DNA of 29,015 nucleotides, from positions 1 to 29,015 of IMG/VR virus record IMGVR_UViG_3300037419_000862; one strand, given 5' to 3'. Origin of the DNA: a virus. Its lineage: Duplodnaviria > Caudoviricetes. A program made the translations under genes and the position numbers. The first letter of the stretch is position 1, and each line of letters starts with the position of its first letter. A model generated the notes under the pieces. That model did not search any database and was not told the DNA's origin. It was given only the letters and a program-made list of their open reading frames with translations. This document shows positions 15,745-25,104 of this stretch, one piece after another.

Positions 15745-17988
15745 ATGAGGCTGTCCAACAATCGTCCCGCAGGCACGTTCGGCGACCAGTCGCAGGCGGT
15801 TATCGGTGCGGGCGGCTTCGTCGCTCAGATGGTTCTTCGTCCGGGTGGCTTGAGGCTTTGCCGAACCGATGTCGGCGGCGCGTACAAGTGGGATTATACC
15901 AAGGACAAATGGGTCCAGCTGTTCAAGCGCGGGGCCTTCATCGCTCCCTACAACGATATCAACTTCTTCTGGGAGGGCACCGGCAATTACTGGGACGGCG
16001 CAGGCTGCTTCGAGATCGATGCTGCAGAGACCGACCTCAACTACATCGTCGCCTGGTTCGTCGGCTATCTGTTCCTCTCGACGGACGGCGGGACGACCTT
16101 CAGCCGCGTCACCGCAATGGCGCGCCAGACCGCAAGGCCGGGGGGCGCCGGCGGGACCAACCGTCTTGTCGGCCGCAAGATGGAGATCGACCCGTCGGAC
16201 AAGCTGACGTGGCACGTCGCGACGGAGACGCAGCTTTTCCGCACGACCGATGGCGGCAATACGTTCACACAGGTCACGACGATCCCCACCGCGACGGGTT
16301 CGAACCACGGCATCATCGTTCGCATCGACCGCACTTCGGCGCTGGTCAGCGGCCGCCACAGCATCGTCTACGCCTATGTCAGCAATGTCGGGCTGTTCAA
16401 ATCGACCGATGCCGGCGCGACCTATACGCAGATCATTGCCGAGACTGGATTTGCGCCGCGTTGCCTGAAGGTCGATCAGACCGGCAAGGCTTGGCAATCT
16501 GCAGAGCCCTTCACGCAATCCGGCGCGTGGTCCATGCACACCGTCACGTCGAGCGGGACGGTCGCAGCCATCACTGGCCTCTCGAACGCCGATGCGGGCA
16601 TGTTCGCGATCGACCCAACCAATTCGAGCCGCGTAATCGCCATGAATGGCGCTGGCTACTTTCAGCTTTCGACGGACGGTGGGGCAACGTGGTCGATCAG
16701 TATCGGCGCGAGTGCGTGGACTAACCAAGTCACCGGCGACGTGCCATGGATCGTCCGTAACTCCAACTTCCAGAGCTATCTCGGCATCTCCGGCCTCGAA
16801 TGGGATCCCGATGTCGCAGGCAAGGTGTGGGCTCCAAACGGCGTTGGTGTTTTCAACCTTGACGCTTTCCCAAGCTCGGTCTCGTTCTCGACGAAGATGC
16901 CGTGGAAGGTGCAGAGCCGCGGGATAGAGGAGTTGGTCGCGGACAGGGGCGTCTCGATTCCCGGTGGGCCGATGATGCTCATGAACCAGGACCGCGCGGC
17001 GTTCGCCTGTTTCGACTTCACCACCCTCAAGACCCGCTACTGGGACGACTCGTTCCAGCAGACTTTCGGATGGGACGCCGATTACGCGGGCGACGACAGC
17101 ACCTTCATCGGCGTTCACGTCAACTGGGGCTGGCAGGGCGCGCAGTCGTCCGGTTATTCCGAGAGCAACGGAGCCGACGGCACATTCGTCAAATATCCAA
17201 CCGTTCCTTCCACCGGCATTGCCGGCGGTCTCGCGGTCTCGACCAAGCTCAACCACGTCATCATTCCGGGACAGAACATGCCGCCGGTCTTCACGCTCAA
17301 CAAGGGCTCCAGTTGGGCGAACTGCAACTTCACGCCGACCGCGACGGCCGCATGGAGCCAAGGCCTCGGCATCGATCGCCACGTCATCACGGCGGACAAG
17401 GCGAGGGGCGCCGGATATTTCTACGCCTTCAACGGCGCGGCCGGCACGAACACTGCCGAGACCGGCGTCTACGAGAGCATCGACGGTGGCCAGAACTTCA
17501 GCCGCGTATTCGTCGGTTGTCCTACGAACATCGCCTACGCGGCTTACGGGGCTGAGCTGAAATGCGTTCCCGGCAGGGCGAACACAGTCACCTTCACCAT
17601 CGGCGGCACCGGCCAGGTCAATAGTGAGACGACGCAGACGGACCTGATGATCTCGTTCGACGCGTGCCGGACGTGGAGCAAGATTCTCGGCACGCTGTCG
17701 GACGGAACGCCGATCACGCGCATCAGCGAGGCGCAGATCAGCTGGGGTCCGGCGGCTCCCGGCCAGTCATGGCCATCGGCATATGTGCTGGGCTGGGTCA
17801 ACGGAACATGGACCTGGATGCGCTCCGACGACGGGCTTGCAACGTGGACCATACTGCCGATGCCCGACATGATGGACACGTTCCAGTGCATCGTCGCCGA
17901 TCGCAACAAGTACGGGCAGGTGCTGGCTGGATGGTCCGGTAATGGCTGGACGCGGCATCCCTACCGCAAGCGGCTACTGGCCGCCTAG
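15745..17988 (+). CDS. GH74 (xyloglucanase)-like double beta-propeller with Asp-box repeats
   Basis: IGAGGFV, RTDVGGAYKWD, RGIEE...NQDRAAF; Asp-boxes STDGGTTF, TTDGGNTF, STDAGATY, STDGGATW, SIDGGQNF, SFDACRTW, SDDGLATW; no signal peptide. Confidence 0.8.
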   Translation: MRLSNNRPAGTFGDQSQAVIGAGGFVAQMVLRPGGLRLCRTDVGGAYKWDYTKDKWVQLFKRGAFIAPYNDINFFWEGTGNYWDGAGCFEIDAAETDLNYIVAWFVGYLFLSTDGGTTFSRVTAMARQTARPGGAGGTNRLVGRKMEIDPSDKLTWHVATETQLFRTTDGGNTFTQVTTIPTATGSNHGIIVRIDRTSALVSGRHSIVYAYVSNVGLFKSTDAGATYTQIIAETGFAPRCLKVDQTGKAWQSAEPFTQSGAWSMHTVTSSGTVAAITGLSNADAGMFAIDPTNSSRVIAMNGAGYFQLSTDGGATWSISIGASAWTNQVTGDVPWIVRNSNFQSYLGISGLEWDPDVAGKVWAPNGVGVFNLDAFPSSVSFSTKMPWKVQSRGIEELVADRGVSIPGGPMMLMNQDRAAFACFDFTTLKTRYWDDSFQQTFGWDADYAGDDSTFIGVHVNWGWQGAQSSGYSESNGADGTFVKYPTVPSTGIAGGLAVSTKLNHVIIPGQNMPPVFTLNKGSSWANCNFTPTATAAWSQGLGIDRHVITADKARGAGYFYAFNGAAGTNTAETGVYESIDGGQNFSRVFVGCPTNIAYAAYGAELKCVPGRANTVTFTIGGTGQVNSETTQTDLMISFDACRTWSKILGTLSDGTPITRISEAQISWGPAAPGQSWPSAYVLGWVNGTWTWMRSDDGLATWTILPMPDMMDTFQCIVADRNKYGQVLAGWSGNGWTRHPYRKRLLAA

Positions 17989-18768
17989 CAGGTCGCTCCT
18001 GACGCAATAGCAATTGCATTCCAGCAACTCCTCGATGCGCCCGTTGGCCTGCACGTCGAACAGGCCGACCGGCACGAAACCGCCAGCGCGGAACGCCGAC
18101 AGGCTCACAGCCATGGTCGGAACGTCCTCGTAAAGGGGATTGATCGAGACCTCGCTGAGAAGGCCACAGAACACACTCAATTGCGACCCGGCTCCGGCGA
18201 CGACTTCAAGATCGAAGCCCTGCGTGTCCATCTTCAGGAACGGTCTGGAGAAGGCGTATTGCTTCACCAGCCCCGGCAGCATGGTTGCAAGCGTTTTCAC
18301 GGCGACGCTTGGCGTCTCGATCACGTCCACTTCCGAGGCGAAGCGCTCGCGCGCCGTCTCGCCGACCGGCTTCAGCGACGCGAAATTGTGGCTGCGCGTT
18401 ACGTTGAGCGGGAGGCTGGCGGCCGCTCGCCCAAGCGCATGGGGAAAACAGTGCCAGTCGGGATCGCCAGACGCTACCGACATCAACTGCTCGAAGGCGG
18501 CTGGATTGGGCTCGAACGACAGGATGGTTCCGGAAAAGCCTTCGACGTTACGCAATGCCGATCCGTACTGGCCGATGTTCGCGCCGACGTCGAACACGCA
18601 ATCTGGCCGTAGCTGACGGAATAGAGCGCGGGCAAATTCCGCCTCGGGCCATGCCGGAGCGGACTGCGCTCTCAGCACGCGGATATTGAGCGCCTTCTCG
18701 GCAACATCCATTGCGCGGCGGCTCAGAGGCTTGCGCGCGATCACGCCCAAGTGACTTAGGTCGTTCAT
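17974..18768 (-). CDS. FkbM-family SAM-dependent methyltransferase (moron)
   Basis: VFDVGANIGQY, SFEPNP, HALG, FLKMDTQGFDLEV, EVSINPLYE; AAGGGA RBS; opposite strand to the late operon. Confidence 0.92.
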   Translation of the reverse strand: MNDLSHLGVIARKPLSRRAMDVAEKALNIRVLRAQSAPAWPEAEFARALFRQLRPDCVFDVGANIGQYGSALRNVEGFSGTILSFEPNPAAFEQLMSVASGDPDWHCFPHALGRAAASLPLNVTRSHNFASLKPVGETARERFASEVDVIETPSVAVKTLATMLPGLVKQYAFSRPFLKMDTQGFDLEVVAGAGSQLSVFCGLLSEVSINPLYEDVPTMAVSLSAFRAGGFVPVGLFDVQANGRIEELLECNCYCVRSDLLGGQ

Positions 18769-18844
18769 ACAGTCCCTTCGCTAACCGAGCAGAGGGGCAA
18801 CGCTCGCCTCTTAGAGCGGCGATAACGCGAAGTAAACGGCTGCG

Positions 18845-18883
18845 GCGATTCAACGGCGCGGGAACGCACCATAGCGGGGCACC
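18845..18883 (+). promoter_or_regulatory. putative late promoter copy 2
   Basis: GCGATTCAA-N18-TAGCGG-N6-ATG(18884); no SD. Confidence 0.75.
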
Positions 18884-19084
18884 ATGTGCTTCTTCAGCTC
18901 GCCCAGCATTCCTGCTCCGCCGCAGCCGGCGCAATTCCAGCAGCAGAAGCTCCCCGACGGCGGATCGACCAATGCCGCCGCCGACTATGAGACGAAGCGC
19001 AGGCGAGCGCTTGCGGCGACGGCCTTCACCGGCTCGCTGGGCCTGGGTCAGCCCACCACCACCGCGACCGTCCTGGGCGGATAA
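18884..19084 (+). CDS. small pre-portal virion assembly protein
   Basis: MCFFSSPSIPAPP...RRRALAATAFTGSLGLG...TVLGG resembles the small gene preceding podovirus portals. Confidence 0.75.
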   Translation: MCFFSSPSIPAPPQPAQFQQQKLPDGGSTNAAADYETKRRRALAATAFTGSLGLGQPTTTATVLGG

Positions 19085-20745
19085 TGGCGCTGACGCTCCG
19101 GGAGAGGTGTGAGAAGCGCCTCGTCGGTCTGAAGCGCGTCCGCGAGCCTTACGAGGCAGAGTGGAAGGAGATCGCGCAGCACGCGCAGCCGTCGCGCGGC
19201 CGGTTCCTGTTCTCCGACAGCAACCGCAAGTTCCGCCGCTCGAACCGGGCGATCTACAACAGCCACGGCATCCTCGCCTTCCGCATCCAGGCGGCGGGCA
19301 TGACGAGCGGCCTGTGCTCGCCGTCGCGGCCGTGGTTTCGCCTGACCTTGTTCGACGAGGCCGGGCTCGACGATCCGGACACGCGCGAATGGCTGAGCGA
19401 AGTCGAGAAGCGCATGTACGCCTTCCTTCGCGAGACCAACTTCTACGAGGTGGTGAAGTCCGGCTTTGCCGAGATCGGCATGTTCGGGACCGAGGCCGCA
19501 GTGCTCGAGGAGCAGGACGGCACGATGGTCGGTCACGGCCTCACCGTCGGCGAATATTGGACCGCGCTCGGCGCCAACGCCAAGCCGAACACGCTCTACC
19601 GCCGCGTGCCGATGAGCGTCTACCAGCAGGTCAAGTCGTTCGGTCTCGACAAGGTTAGCAGCCGTGTCAAGGACGCCTACGACCGTGGCGACTACGACAC
19701 GCAGACCGAGGTCATCCACGCGATCGAGCCCAACGACGATCGCATTCCGGGATTGATGACCGCCAAAGGCAAGCCGTGGCGCTCGTTCTACTGGGACTGT
19801 GCCGATGGCGACCGCGAGAAAGGCTATCTGCGCCTCTCGGGCTTCGACGATCAGCCGTTCTGGTGCGCGCGCTGGGATGCGGTCGGCGGCGACGTCTACG
19901 GCACCTGCCCCGGCATGGACGCGCTGCCGGATCTTCGCGAGCTGCAGCTGGCGTCCAAGCGCGCGACGCAGCTGCTCAGCAAGATCGAGAATCCCGAGAA
20001 GATCGTCCCCTCGACGCTCGGCAACCTCACCGGACAACCGGGCAACATCGTCTCTGTCGCCTCGGTCGACAAGGACCAGGTCATCATCCCCTACGTCCCC
20101 AATCCGGAAGCGCTTGCCCGCGCGGAGGAGAAGATCGAGCGGCTGAAGAAGGACGTCGACGATTTGAGCTTCGCGTCGCTGTTCAACGCGATCACCGACA
20201 TGGCTGGCATCCAGCCGCGCAACGAGCAGGAGATCGCGGCGCGCATCGAGGAGAAGATGACGCAGCTCGGCTCGGCGATCGAGCGGGTGAGCGGCGAGAA
20301 GCTCGGCGTGGCGATCGACCGCACCTTCGGCATCATGTCGCGGCTGCAGATGCTTCCGCCCGCGCCGCCGCATTTGCAAGGGCAGGCGCTCAAGATCGAA
20401 TACATCTCGATCCTCGCGCAGATGCAGCGCATGATCGGCCTCGGCCAGACCGAGCGCGTCGTCGGCTTCATCGGCAACCTCGCGGCGGCCGCGCCCGAAG
20501 CGCTCGACAAGCTCAATGTCGACGAGACGATCGACGATTACGCCGACCGCGCTGGCGCTCCGCCCAAGATCATCCGTTCGGATGAAGAGGTCCAGCAGCT
20601 GCGCGAGGCCCGCGCCCAGCAGCAGCGGAATGCGCAGCTCGCGGCCGCAATGCCTGCGGTCAAGGACGGGGCTGACGCGGCGAACCTGCTTGCTCAGGCC
20701 GCGCAGAACGGCGGCGGCGTCCAGAACCTGCTTCCGGCGCAATGA
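19084..20745 (+). CDS. portal (head-to-tail connector), T7 gp8/BPP-1-like
   Basis: 553 aa; AGMTSGLCSPSRPWFRL, TNFYE, GMFGT, YGTCPGMDAL, EEKMTQLGSAIER, IEYISILAQMQ. Confidence 0.93.
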   Translation: MALTLRERCEKRLVGLKRVREPYEAEWKEIAQHAQPSRGRFLFSDSNRKFRRSNRAIYNSHGILAFRIQAAGMTSGLCSPSRPWFRLTLFDEAGLDDPDTREWLSEVEKRMYAFLRETNFYEVVKSGFAEIGMFGTEAAVLEEQDGTMVGHGLTVGEYWTALGANAKPNTLYRRVPMSVYQQVKSFGLDKVSSRVKDAYDRGDYDTQTEVIHAIEPNDDRIPGLMTAKGKPWRSFYWDCADGDREKGYLRLSGFDDQPFWCARWDAVGGDVYGTCPGMDALPDLRELQLASKRATQLLSKIENPEKIVPSTLGNLTGQPGNIVSVASVDKDQVIIPYVPNPEALARAEEKIERLKKDVDDLSFASLFNAITDMAGIQPRNEQEIAARIEEKMTQLGSAIERVSGEKLGVAIDRTFGIMSRLQMLPPAPPHLQGQALKIEYISILAQMQRMIGLGQTERVVGFIGNLAAAAPEALDKLNVDETIDDYADRAGAPPKIIRSDEEVQQLREARAQQQRNAQLAAAMPAVKDGADAANLLAQAAQNGGGVQNLLPAQ

Positions 20746-21098
20746 CGCTCTCCGAAGAAGAGCGCGTCGCTTACGCCGACCTGATCGAGCGCCCGCAGTT
20801 CAAGCTTTTCCTCTTACAGCTGATTCAACTCGCAGGCATATACGAGGCGACGGCCAACGGGTCCGCTGAGCGCACCTTCTTCATGAACGGGCGCAGGAGC
20901 CTGGGGCTTGATGCACTCCGCATGGTGGAAGCGGCCAACCCGCTTGCAGCGCCAAACAGCTCAACTCCGACGCTGACGCTGATTCAAGTCCTCCTCGCGG
21001 ATGCGCAATCCCCTCCCCAGCAAAGGACATCGAATGGCAGACGAAACGACCCCTACTCCGACATCAGACCCGACGCCGACGAACCCGGCAGCGACTGA
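20742..21098 (+). CDS. Bbp19-like post-portal protein
   Basis: TFFMNGRRSLGL motif and position after the portal. Confidence 0.7.
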   Translation: MTLSEEERVAYADLIERPQFKLFLLQLIQLAGIYEATANGSAERTFFMNGRRSLGLDALRMVEAANPLAAPNSSTPTLTLIQVLLADAQSPPQQRTSNGRRNDPYSDIRPDADEPGSD

Positions 21099-21747
21099 GC
21101 CGCCCGCAGCCGACAAGGCTCCGGACGCTGGCGCGGACAAGGACGTCGATCTCGGCACCGCACTCGGCGGCGACGACAAGGCTCCCGAGCCGAAGCCGGA
21201 CGCAGAACCGAAGGCCGATGAAGGCGGCGACGCAGAGCCGCCCAAGGCCGCAGTCCCCGAGGCTTACGAGCTGACGCCGCCCGAGGGCTTCGACAAGCTC
21301 GACGAGAAGGCGGTCGCCGCCGCGACTCCGGTGTTCAAGGAACTCGGCCTCTCGAACGAGCAGGCGCAGAAGCTCATCCCGGTCGCCGGCGAATTCGCCA
21401 AGAGCATCGTCGAGCAGCGGGACCAGCAGCTTCTCGGCACGGTCATGGAGCAGCGCGCCTCATGGCTCGAGGATGCGCGCAAAGACCCAGAGATTGGCGG
21501 TCAGAACTGGGACAAGTCGCTGCAGGATGCGGCCCGCTTCATGGATCACATGGGCTTTCCCAAGGGCTCGCCCCTGCGCGGCTTCCTGAACGACAGCGGC
21601 GCGGGCAACCACCCCGAGCTGATCCGCCTCTTCGCGAAAGCCGGAAAGCTGATCGCAGAAGATGGCGTCGTGCGCGGCGACGCGGATGTCGCCGTCAAAC
21701 CCAAGACCGACGCCGAACTTTTCTACGGCACGCCGTCCAAGGAGTGA
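21034..21747 (+). CDS. capsid scaffolding protein
   Basis: Acidic Pro-rich N-terminus, VPEAYEL, FKELGLSNEQAQKL, GAGNHPELIRLF, AELFYG; AAGGA RBS; precedes the capsid gene. Confidence 0.85.
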   Translation: MADETTPTPTSDPTPTNPAATEPPAADKAPDAGADKDVDLGTALGGDDKAPEPKPDAEPKADEGGDAEPPKAAVPEAYELTPPEGFDKLDEKAVAAATPVFKELGLSNEQAQKLIPVAGEFAKSIVEQRDQQLLGTVMEQRASWLEDARKDPEIGGQNWDKSLQDAARFMDHMGFPKGSPLRGFLNDSGAGNHPELIRLFAKAGKLIAEDGVVRGDADVAVKPKTDAELFYGTPSKE

Positions 21748-21758
21748 GGAGCTAGACA

Positions 21759-22784
21759 ATGGCAGTTCTGGGCAACAGCGTCGTCACCCTGGTCGACATC
21801 GCCAAGCGGCTCGATCCCGACGGCAAGATCGCGCGCATCGCGGAGCTCCTCAACCAGGAGAACGAGATCCTCGATGACATCACCTGGATGGAAGGCAACC
21901 TTCCGACGGGTAACCGCACGACCGTCCGCGCCGGCCTGCCGGGCGTCAGCTTCCGCGCTTTGAACGAAGGCGTCCCGCGTTCCAAGTCGAACATCAGCCA
22001 GTTCGACGAAGGCGCGGCCATGCTGGAGGGCTTCAGCGAGGTCGATCGCAAGGAAGCGATCCTTTCGGGCGACGTCTCCGGATTCCGCCTGTCCGAGGCC
22101 GCGGCCTTCATGGAGGCGATGAACCAGGCGTTCACCAACTGCCTGATCTACGGCAACGCTTCGGCGTCGCCCAAGATGTTCACCGGCCTCGCCACCCGCT
22201 ACAACTCGATCAGCGGCAACACCACGACCGGCCAGCAGATCATCGACTGCGGCGGCACCGGAACCGACAACTTCTCGATCTTCCTCGTCGTCTGGGATCC
22301 CCAGAAGATCACCGGCATCTACCCCAAGGGGACGAAGGCCGGTCTGTTCCACGAGGACGCGTCGGATTCGACTGCGGCCGGCGACGGCTTCCCGCGCGGT
22401 ACGGTGCTCTACGATGCAAGCGGCAACCCGTACATGGGCTATCGCGACCATTTCGAGTGGAACTGCGGTCTGTCCGTCAAGGACTATCGCTTTGCGGCCC
22501 GCGCCTGCAACATCAGCCGTTCGCTCCTCACCAAGGACATCTCGACCGGAGCCGACCTGCAGGACATCTTCATCCAGCTTGCCGAGCGCGTCTACAACAC
22601 CAACGGCAAGGCGGCGTTCTACGCGCCGCGCACGGTCACCGGCTTCCTTCGCCGCCAGCTCGTCAACAAGAAGAACGGCTTCCTGTCGTGGGACGAGATC
22701 GGCGGCCGCAAGGTCTTGAACTTCGACGGCATCCCCATCCGCCGAGTGGACGCGATGAACGTCCAGGAAGCGCGCGTGGTCTAA
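21759..22784 (+). CDS. major capsid protein (BPP-1-like)
   Basis: TLVDIAKRLDPDGKIARIAELLNQENEILDD, RAGLP, SEVDRK, FTGLATRY, FDGIPIRRVDA; strong GAGGAG RBS. Confidence 0.93.
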   Translation: MAVLGNSVVTLVDIAKRLDPDGKIARIAELLNQENEILDDITWMEGNLPTGNRTTVRAGLPGVSFRALNEGVPRSKSNISQFDEGAAMLEGFSEVDRKEAILSGDVSGFRLSEAAAFMEAMNQAFTNCLIYGNASASPKMFTGLATRYNSISGNTTTGQQIIDCGGTGTDNFSIFLVVWDPQKITGIYPKGTKAGLFHEDASDSTAAGDGFPRGTVLYDASGNPYMGYRDHFEWNCGLSVKDYRFAARACNISRSLLTKDISTGADLQDIFIQLAERVYNTNGKAAFYAPRTVTGFLRRQLVNKKNGFLSWDEIGGRKVLNFDGIPIRRVDAMNVQEARVV

Positions 22785-22805
22785 GGCTCAGGAGAGGACA
22801 GTCAC

Positions 22806-23225
22806 ATGATTACGGACGCACAGACCAAGTTCTCCGACGCCCAGGCCCTCACCACGGGCACCGTCGTCTCGACCAACGCCTACGACATGGGCGTGGCGCG
22901 CGATATCGGCCGAGGCCGCGATCTTCGCGTCTTCGCCAATGTCGTGACCGCGTTCCTCGGGGGCACCTCGATCCAGGCCAATCTAATCGAGAGCGCGAAT
23001 AGCGACCTTTCCTCGGCGACCGTGATCGCCAGCGGGCCCGTTGTTCCGCTCGCCAGCCTCACTGCCGGCGCGAGCCTGCTCGACATTCCGCTGCCGAAGA
23101 CCAGCAAGCGCTACCAGGGCATCCAGTACGTCATCGTCGGAACCATGACGGCGGGCGCCGTGAGCGCCGGTATGGCCATGAACACCGACAGCAACACGAC
23201 CTTCCCGGCTGTGACCGGCTTCTGA
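22806..23225 (+). CDS. Bbp16-like capsid cement protein
   Basis: MITDAQTKFSDAQALT...STNAYD...RYQGIQY...GTMTAGAVSAG. Confidence 0.85.
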   Translation: MITDAQTKFSDAQALTTGTVVSTNAYDMGVARDIGRGRDLRVFANVVTAFLGGTSIQANLIESANSDLSSATVIASGPVVPLASLTAGASLLDIPLPKTSKRYQGIQYVIVGTMTAGAVSAGMAMNTDSNTTFPAVTGF

Positions 23226-23238
23226 GGAGTAAAGAGCC

Positions 23239-23682
23239 ATGGCGAAGAAACCCATTCGAGCTCTGGTCACCGTCCCGACCTACATCAACGGCGTGCTGCA
23301 CCATCCCGGCGAAGTCGCTCACGTCGATCTGGAAGCGCTTGGCGTCGACAAGCTCGGCGAGCAGGACGTGACTGTCACCGACGCGGACGGCAAGGAGCAC
23401 ACCTTCAAGCGCGACCTGACGCCAGGCCTCAAGGAGCACAAGGGCGAAGAGCCGGTGACGCAGGTTCCGGTGGCTGCGGTCTCCCCGCACGCTCCCGACG
23501 CGCCGAACCCGCAGGGCATTCCTCCGGGAACAGTCCAGTCAGGCACGGGCCGCCTGATCCACCCGGTGGATATGATCGAAGGCACGACGCAGGCGACGCC
23601 CGAAGCGATCGAGCCGGTCGGCGCGGACAAGCCCGGCGTCGAAGGCGAGCAGACGCCGACCAAGCCGTCCAAGTCGAAGTAA
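23239..23682 (+). CDS. hypothetical head-associated protein
   Basis: GAGGAG RBS; TYINGVLHHPGEV N-terminus, low-complexity tail. Confidence 0.7.
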   Translation: MAKKPIRALVTVPTYINGVLHHPGEVAHVDLEALGVDKLGEQDVTVTDADGKEHTFKRDLTPGLKEHKGEEPVTQVPVAAVSPHAPDAPNPQGIPPGTVQSGTGRLIHPVDMIEGTTQATPEAIEPVGADKPGVEGEQTPTKPSKSK

Positions 23683-23685
23683 GCT

Positions 23686-23752
23686 TCCCCTCTTTGCCCC
23701 TCGGGGAGGGGATCGTCGCGCCGGTGGCCTCAAGCTGCCGGCGCTTCGCTTT
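23686..23752 (+). terminator. tandem hairpins ending the capsid operon
   Basis: TCCCCTCTT(23686-23694)/GGGAGGGGA(23704-23712) and GCGCCGGTGGC-CTCAA-GCTGCCGGCGC (23718-23744) followed by TTCGCTTT. Confidence 0.6.
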
Positions 23753-23755
23753 AAG

Positions 23756-23794
23756 GCGATTCAAGGCGCAGCCCTCTCACCGTAGCGCGGCTCC
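23756..23794 (+). promoter_or_regulatory. putative late promoter copy 3
   Basis: GCGATTCAA-N18-TAGCGC-N6-ATG(23795), immediately after the terminator; no SD. Confidence 0.75.
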
Positions 23795-24433
23795 ATGCCA
23801 CGCGCTCCCTCGATCAGCGTCTGCAACATCGCTCTTGCCGAGGTGAGGGCCCAGTCCATCGTTACAATCGACGACGGCACGCCCCAAGCGAACGCGTGTG
23901 CGATCCACTATGACGACTGCCTTCAGCTCCTGCTCGAAAGCCACGAGTGGGGATTTGCGACCGTCCGGAACACGCTCGCGCTGCTCGCCGTCAACGACCG
24001 CCCGGGCGAATGGCTTTATGCCTACGCTGCTCCAGAGGACATGGCTTCCAAGGCGGCGATCATCTGGCCGCTGCAGACGCCGCTCTCGGGCGTCTATTAC
24101 CCGTGGCCGTACAACTGGCCGCGGCCGCCGTTCTACTGGCAGCAGTTCATCATCCAGGGCGGCGTCGTCTATTCGAACCTCGAAGGCGCGCTGCTGCAGT
24201 ACGTCAGCCGCGACATCGAGGAAGCGGCCATGCCCGCACGGTTCAAGCGCGCGCTGGCGCTGGAGCTCGCCTCGCGCCTCGCCACGACGCTGCTCGACGA
24301 CCGCGCGAAGAAAGGCGATCTGATCCAGCAGGCCGAGGCTGAGAAGCGCCGGGCGATCGCCGACGACCTCAACCAGTATCCGCGCCGCGAGATGCCGCCG
24401 CTGGACGAAGTGGCGCTGGTCCGCTCCTTCTGA
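23795..24433 (+). CDS. tail tubular protein A / head-tail adaptor
   Basis: ISVCNIAL, HEWGFAT, WLYAYAAPED, FKRALALELA; synteny. Confidence 0.85.
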   Translation: MPRAPSISVCNIALAEVRAQSIVTIDDGTPQANACAIHYDDCLQLLLESHEWGFATVRNTLALLAVNDRPGEWLYAYAAPEDMASKAAIIWPLQTPLSGVYYPWPYNWPRPPFYWQQFIIQGGVVYSNLEGALLQYVSRDIEEAAMPARFKRALALELASRLATTLLDDRAKKGDLIQQAEAEKRRAIADDLNQYPRREMPPLDEVALVRSF

Positions 24434-25104
24434 TGGCTTTCCGCCAGGCTTTAATCAATTTCAGCAAAGGCGAGATCGCCGAGGAGCTGATCGCCCGCAT
24501 CGACGTCGCCTCCTACAACGCGTCGGCCAAGCAGGCACGCAACGTCATCATCCTCAAGTACGGCGGCCTCACGAAGCGGCCGGGGACGCGGCTCGTCGCC
24601 AAGGCCTACGACAGCACGCTCCCGGTGCGGTTGTTCCCGTTCCAGTTCTCGCTGACACAGGCCTACGCGCTGGAGTTCGGGCAAGGCTACATGCGGCCCG
24701 CGGCGAACGGCGGGCTCGTCCTCGAGCAGCCGCTCACGATCACGGCGATCACCAAGGCGGTGAATGCGCAGGTCACGGTCGCCTTCCACGGCTTCAGCGT
24801 CGGCGATCAGATCTATTTCAACAACGTCGCCGGAATGGTCGAGATCAACGGCCTGTTCGCCAACGTGAAGAGTGTCGTCGATGCCAATAACTTCGTGATC
24901 GACATCGACACGACCCAATTCTCGACCTTCACCGGCGACAGCGGCGGCATCGTGAACACCGGCGCACCACCGCCTCCGCCGACGCCTCCGGTCGTTCCGC
25001 CGGTCGTGCCTCCGCCTTCGCCTCCAGCCACTGGCGGCGGCGGCTCCTATTCCGACACCGGCGGCGGGCTGCGCGCGGGCGGTGGTCATGTGAGCTCGCA
25101 ATGA
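24433..25104 (+). CDS. tail tubular protein B (nozzle), N-terminal part with inserted small beta domain and Pro/Gly tail
   Basis: NFSKGEI, YGGLTKRPGT, RLFPFQFS, YALEFGQGYMR; ITAITKAVNAQVT..HGFSVGDQI domain; ends PPPPPTPPVVPP...GGGG. Confidence 0.8.
   Translation: MAFRQALINFSKGEIAEELIARIDVASYNASAKQARNVIILKYGGLTKRPGTRLVAKAYDSTLPVRLFPFQFSLTQAYALEFGQGYMRPAANGGLVLEQPLTITAITKAVNAQVTVAFHGFSVGDQIYFNNVAGMVEINGLFANVKSVVDANNFVIDIDTTQFSTFTGDSGGIVNTGAPPPPPTPPVVPPVVPPPSPPATGGGGSYSDTGGGLRAGGGHVSSQ

Noticed and set aside
15741-15747. Possible frameshift fusion of fibre and GH74-like genes (TGA-G-ATG)
   Set aside because: No slippery sequence seen; the downstream gene has its own ATG with GAGGG upstream. 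Not excluded without proteomics.
13545-18768. Diversity-generating retroelement, prompted by BPP-1-like structural genes
   Set aside because: No reverse transcriptase motif and no TR/VR repeat pair differing at adenines was seen in this window.
15688-20742. Long antisense ORFs (15688-17382, 19048-20742; likewise 2-655, 1372-2262, 7983-8909, 11597-12730, 27835-28902)
   Set aside because: Shadow frames of real high-GC genes; no motifs or RBS.
20820-20858. Sixth GATTCAA copy as a late promoter
   Set aside because: No TA or CAAT at the conserved -10 offset; explained by Leu-Ile-Gln codons.
22782-22808. Capsid and cement genes are in frame across one TAA with no intervening stop (possible read-through fusion)
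   Set aside because: TAA is rarely read through, the cement gene has its own strong AGGAGAGG RBS, and in-frame spacing arises by chance one time in three.
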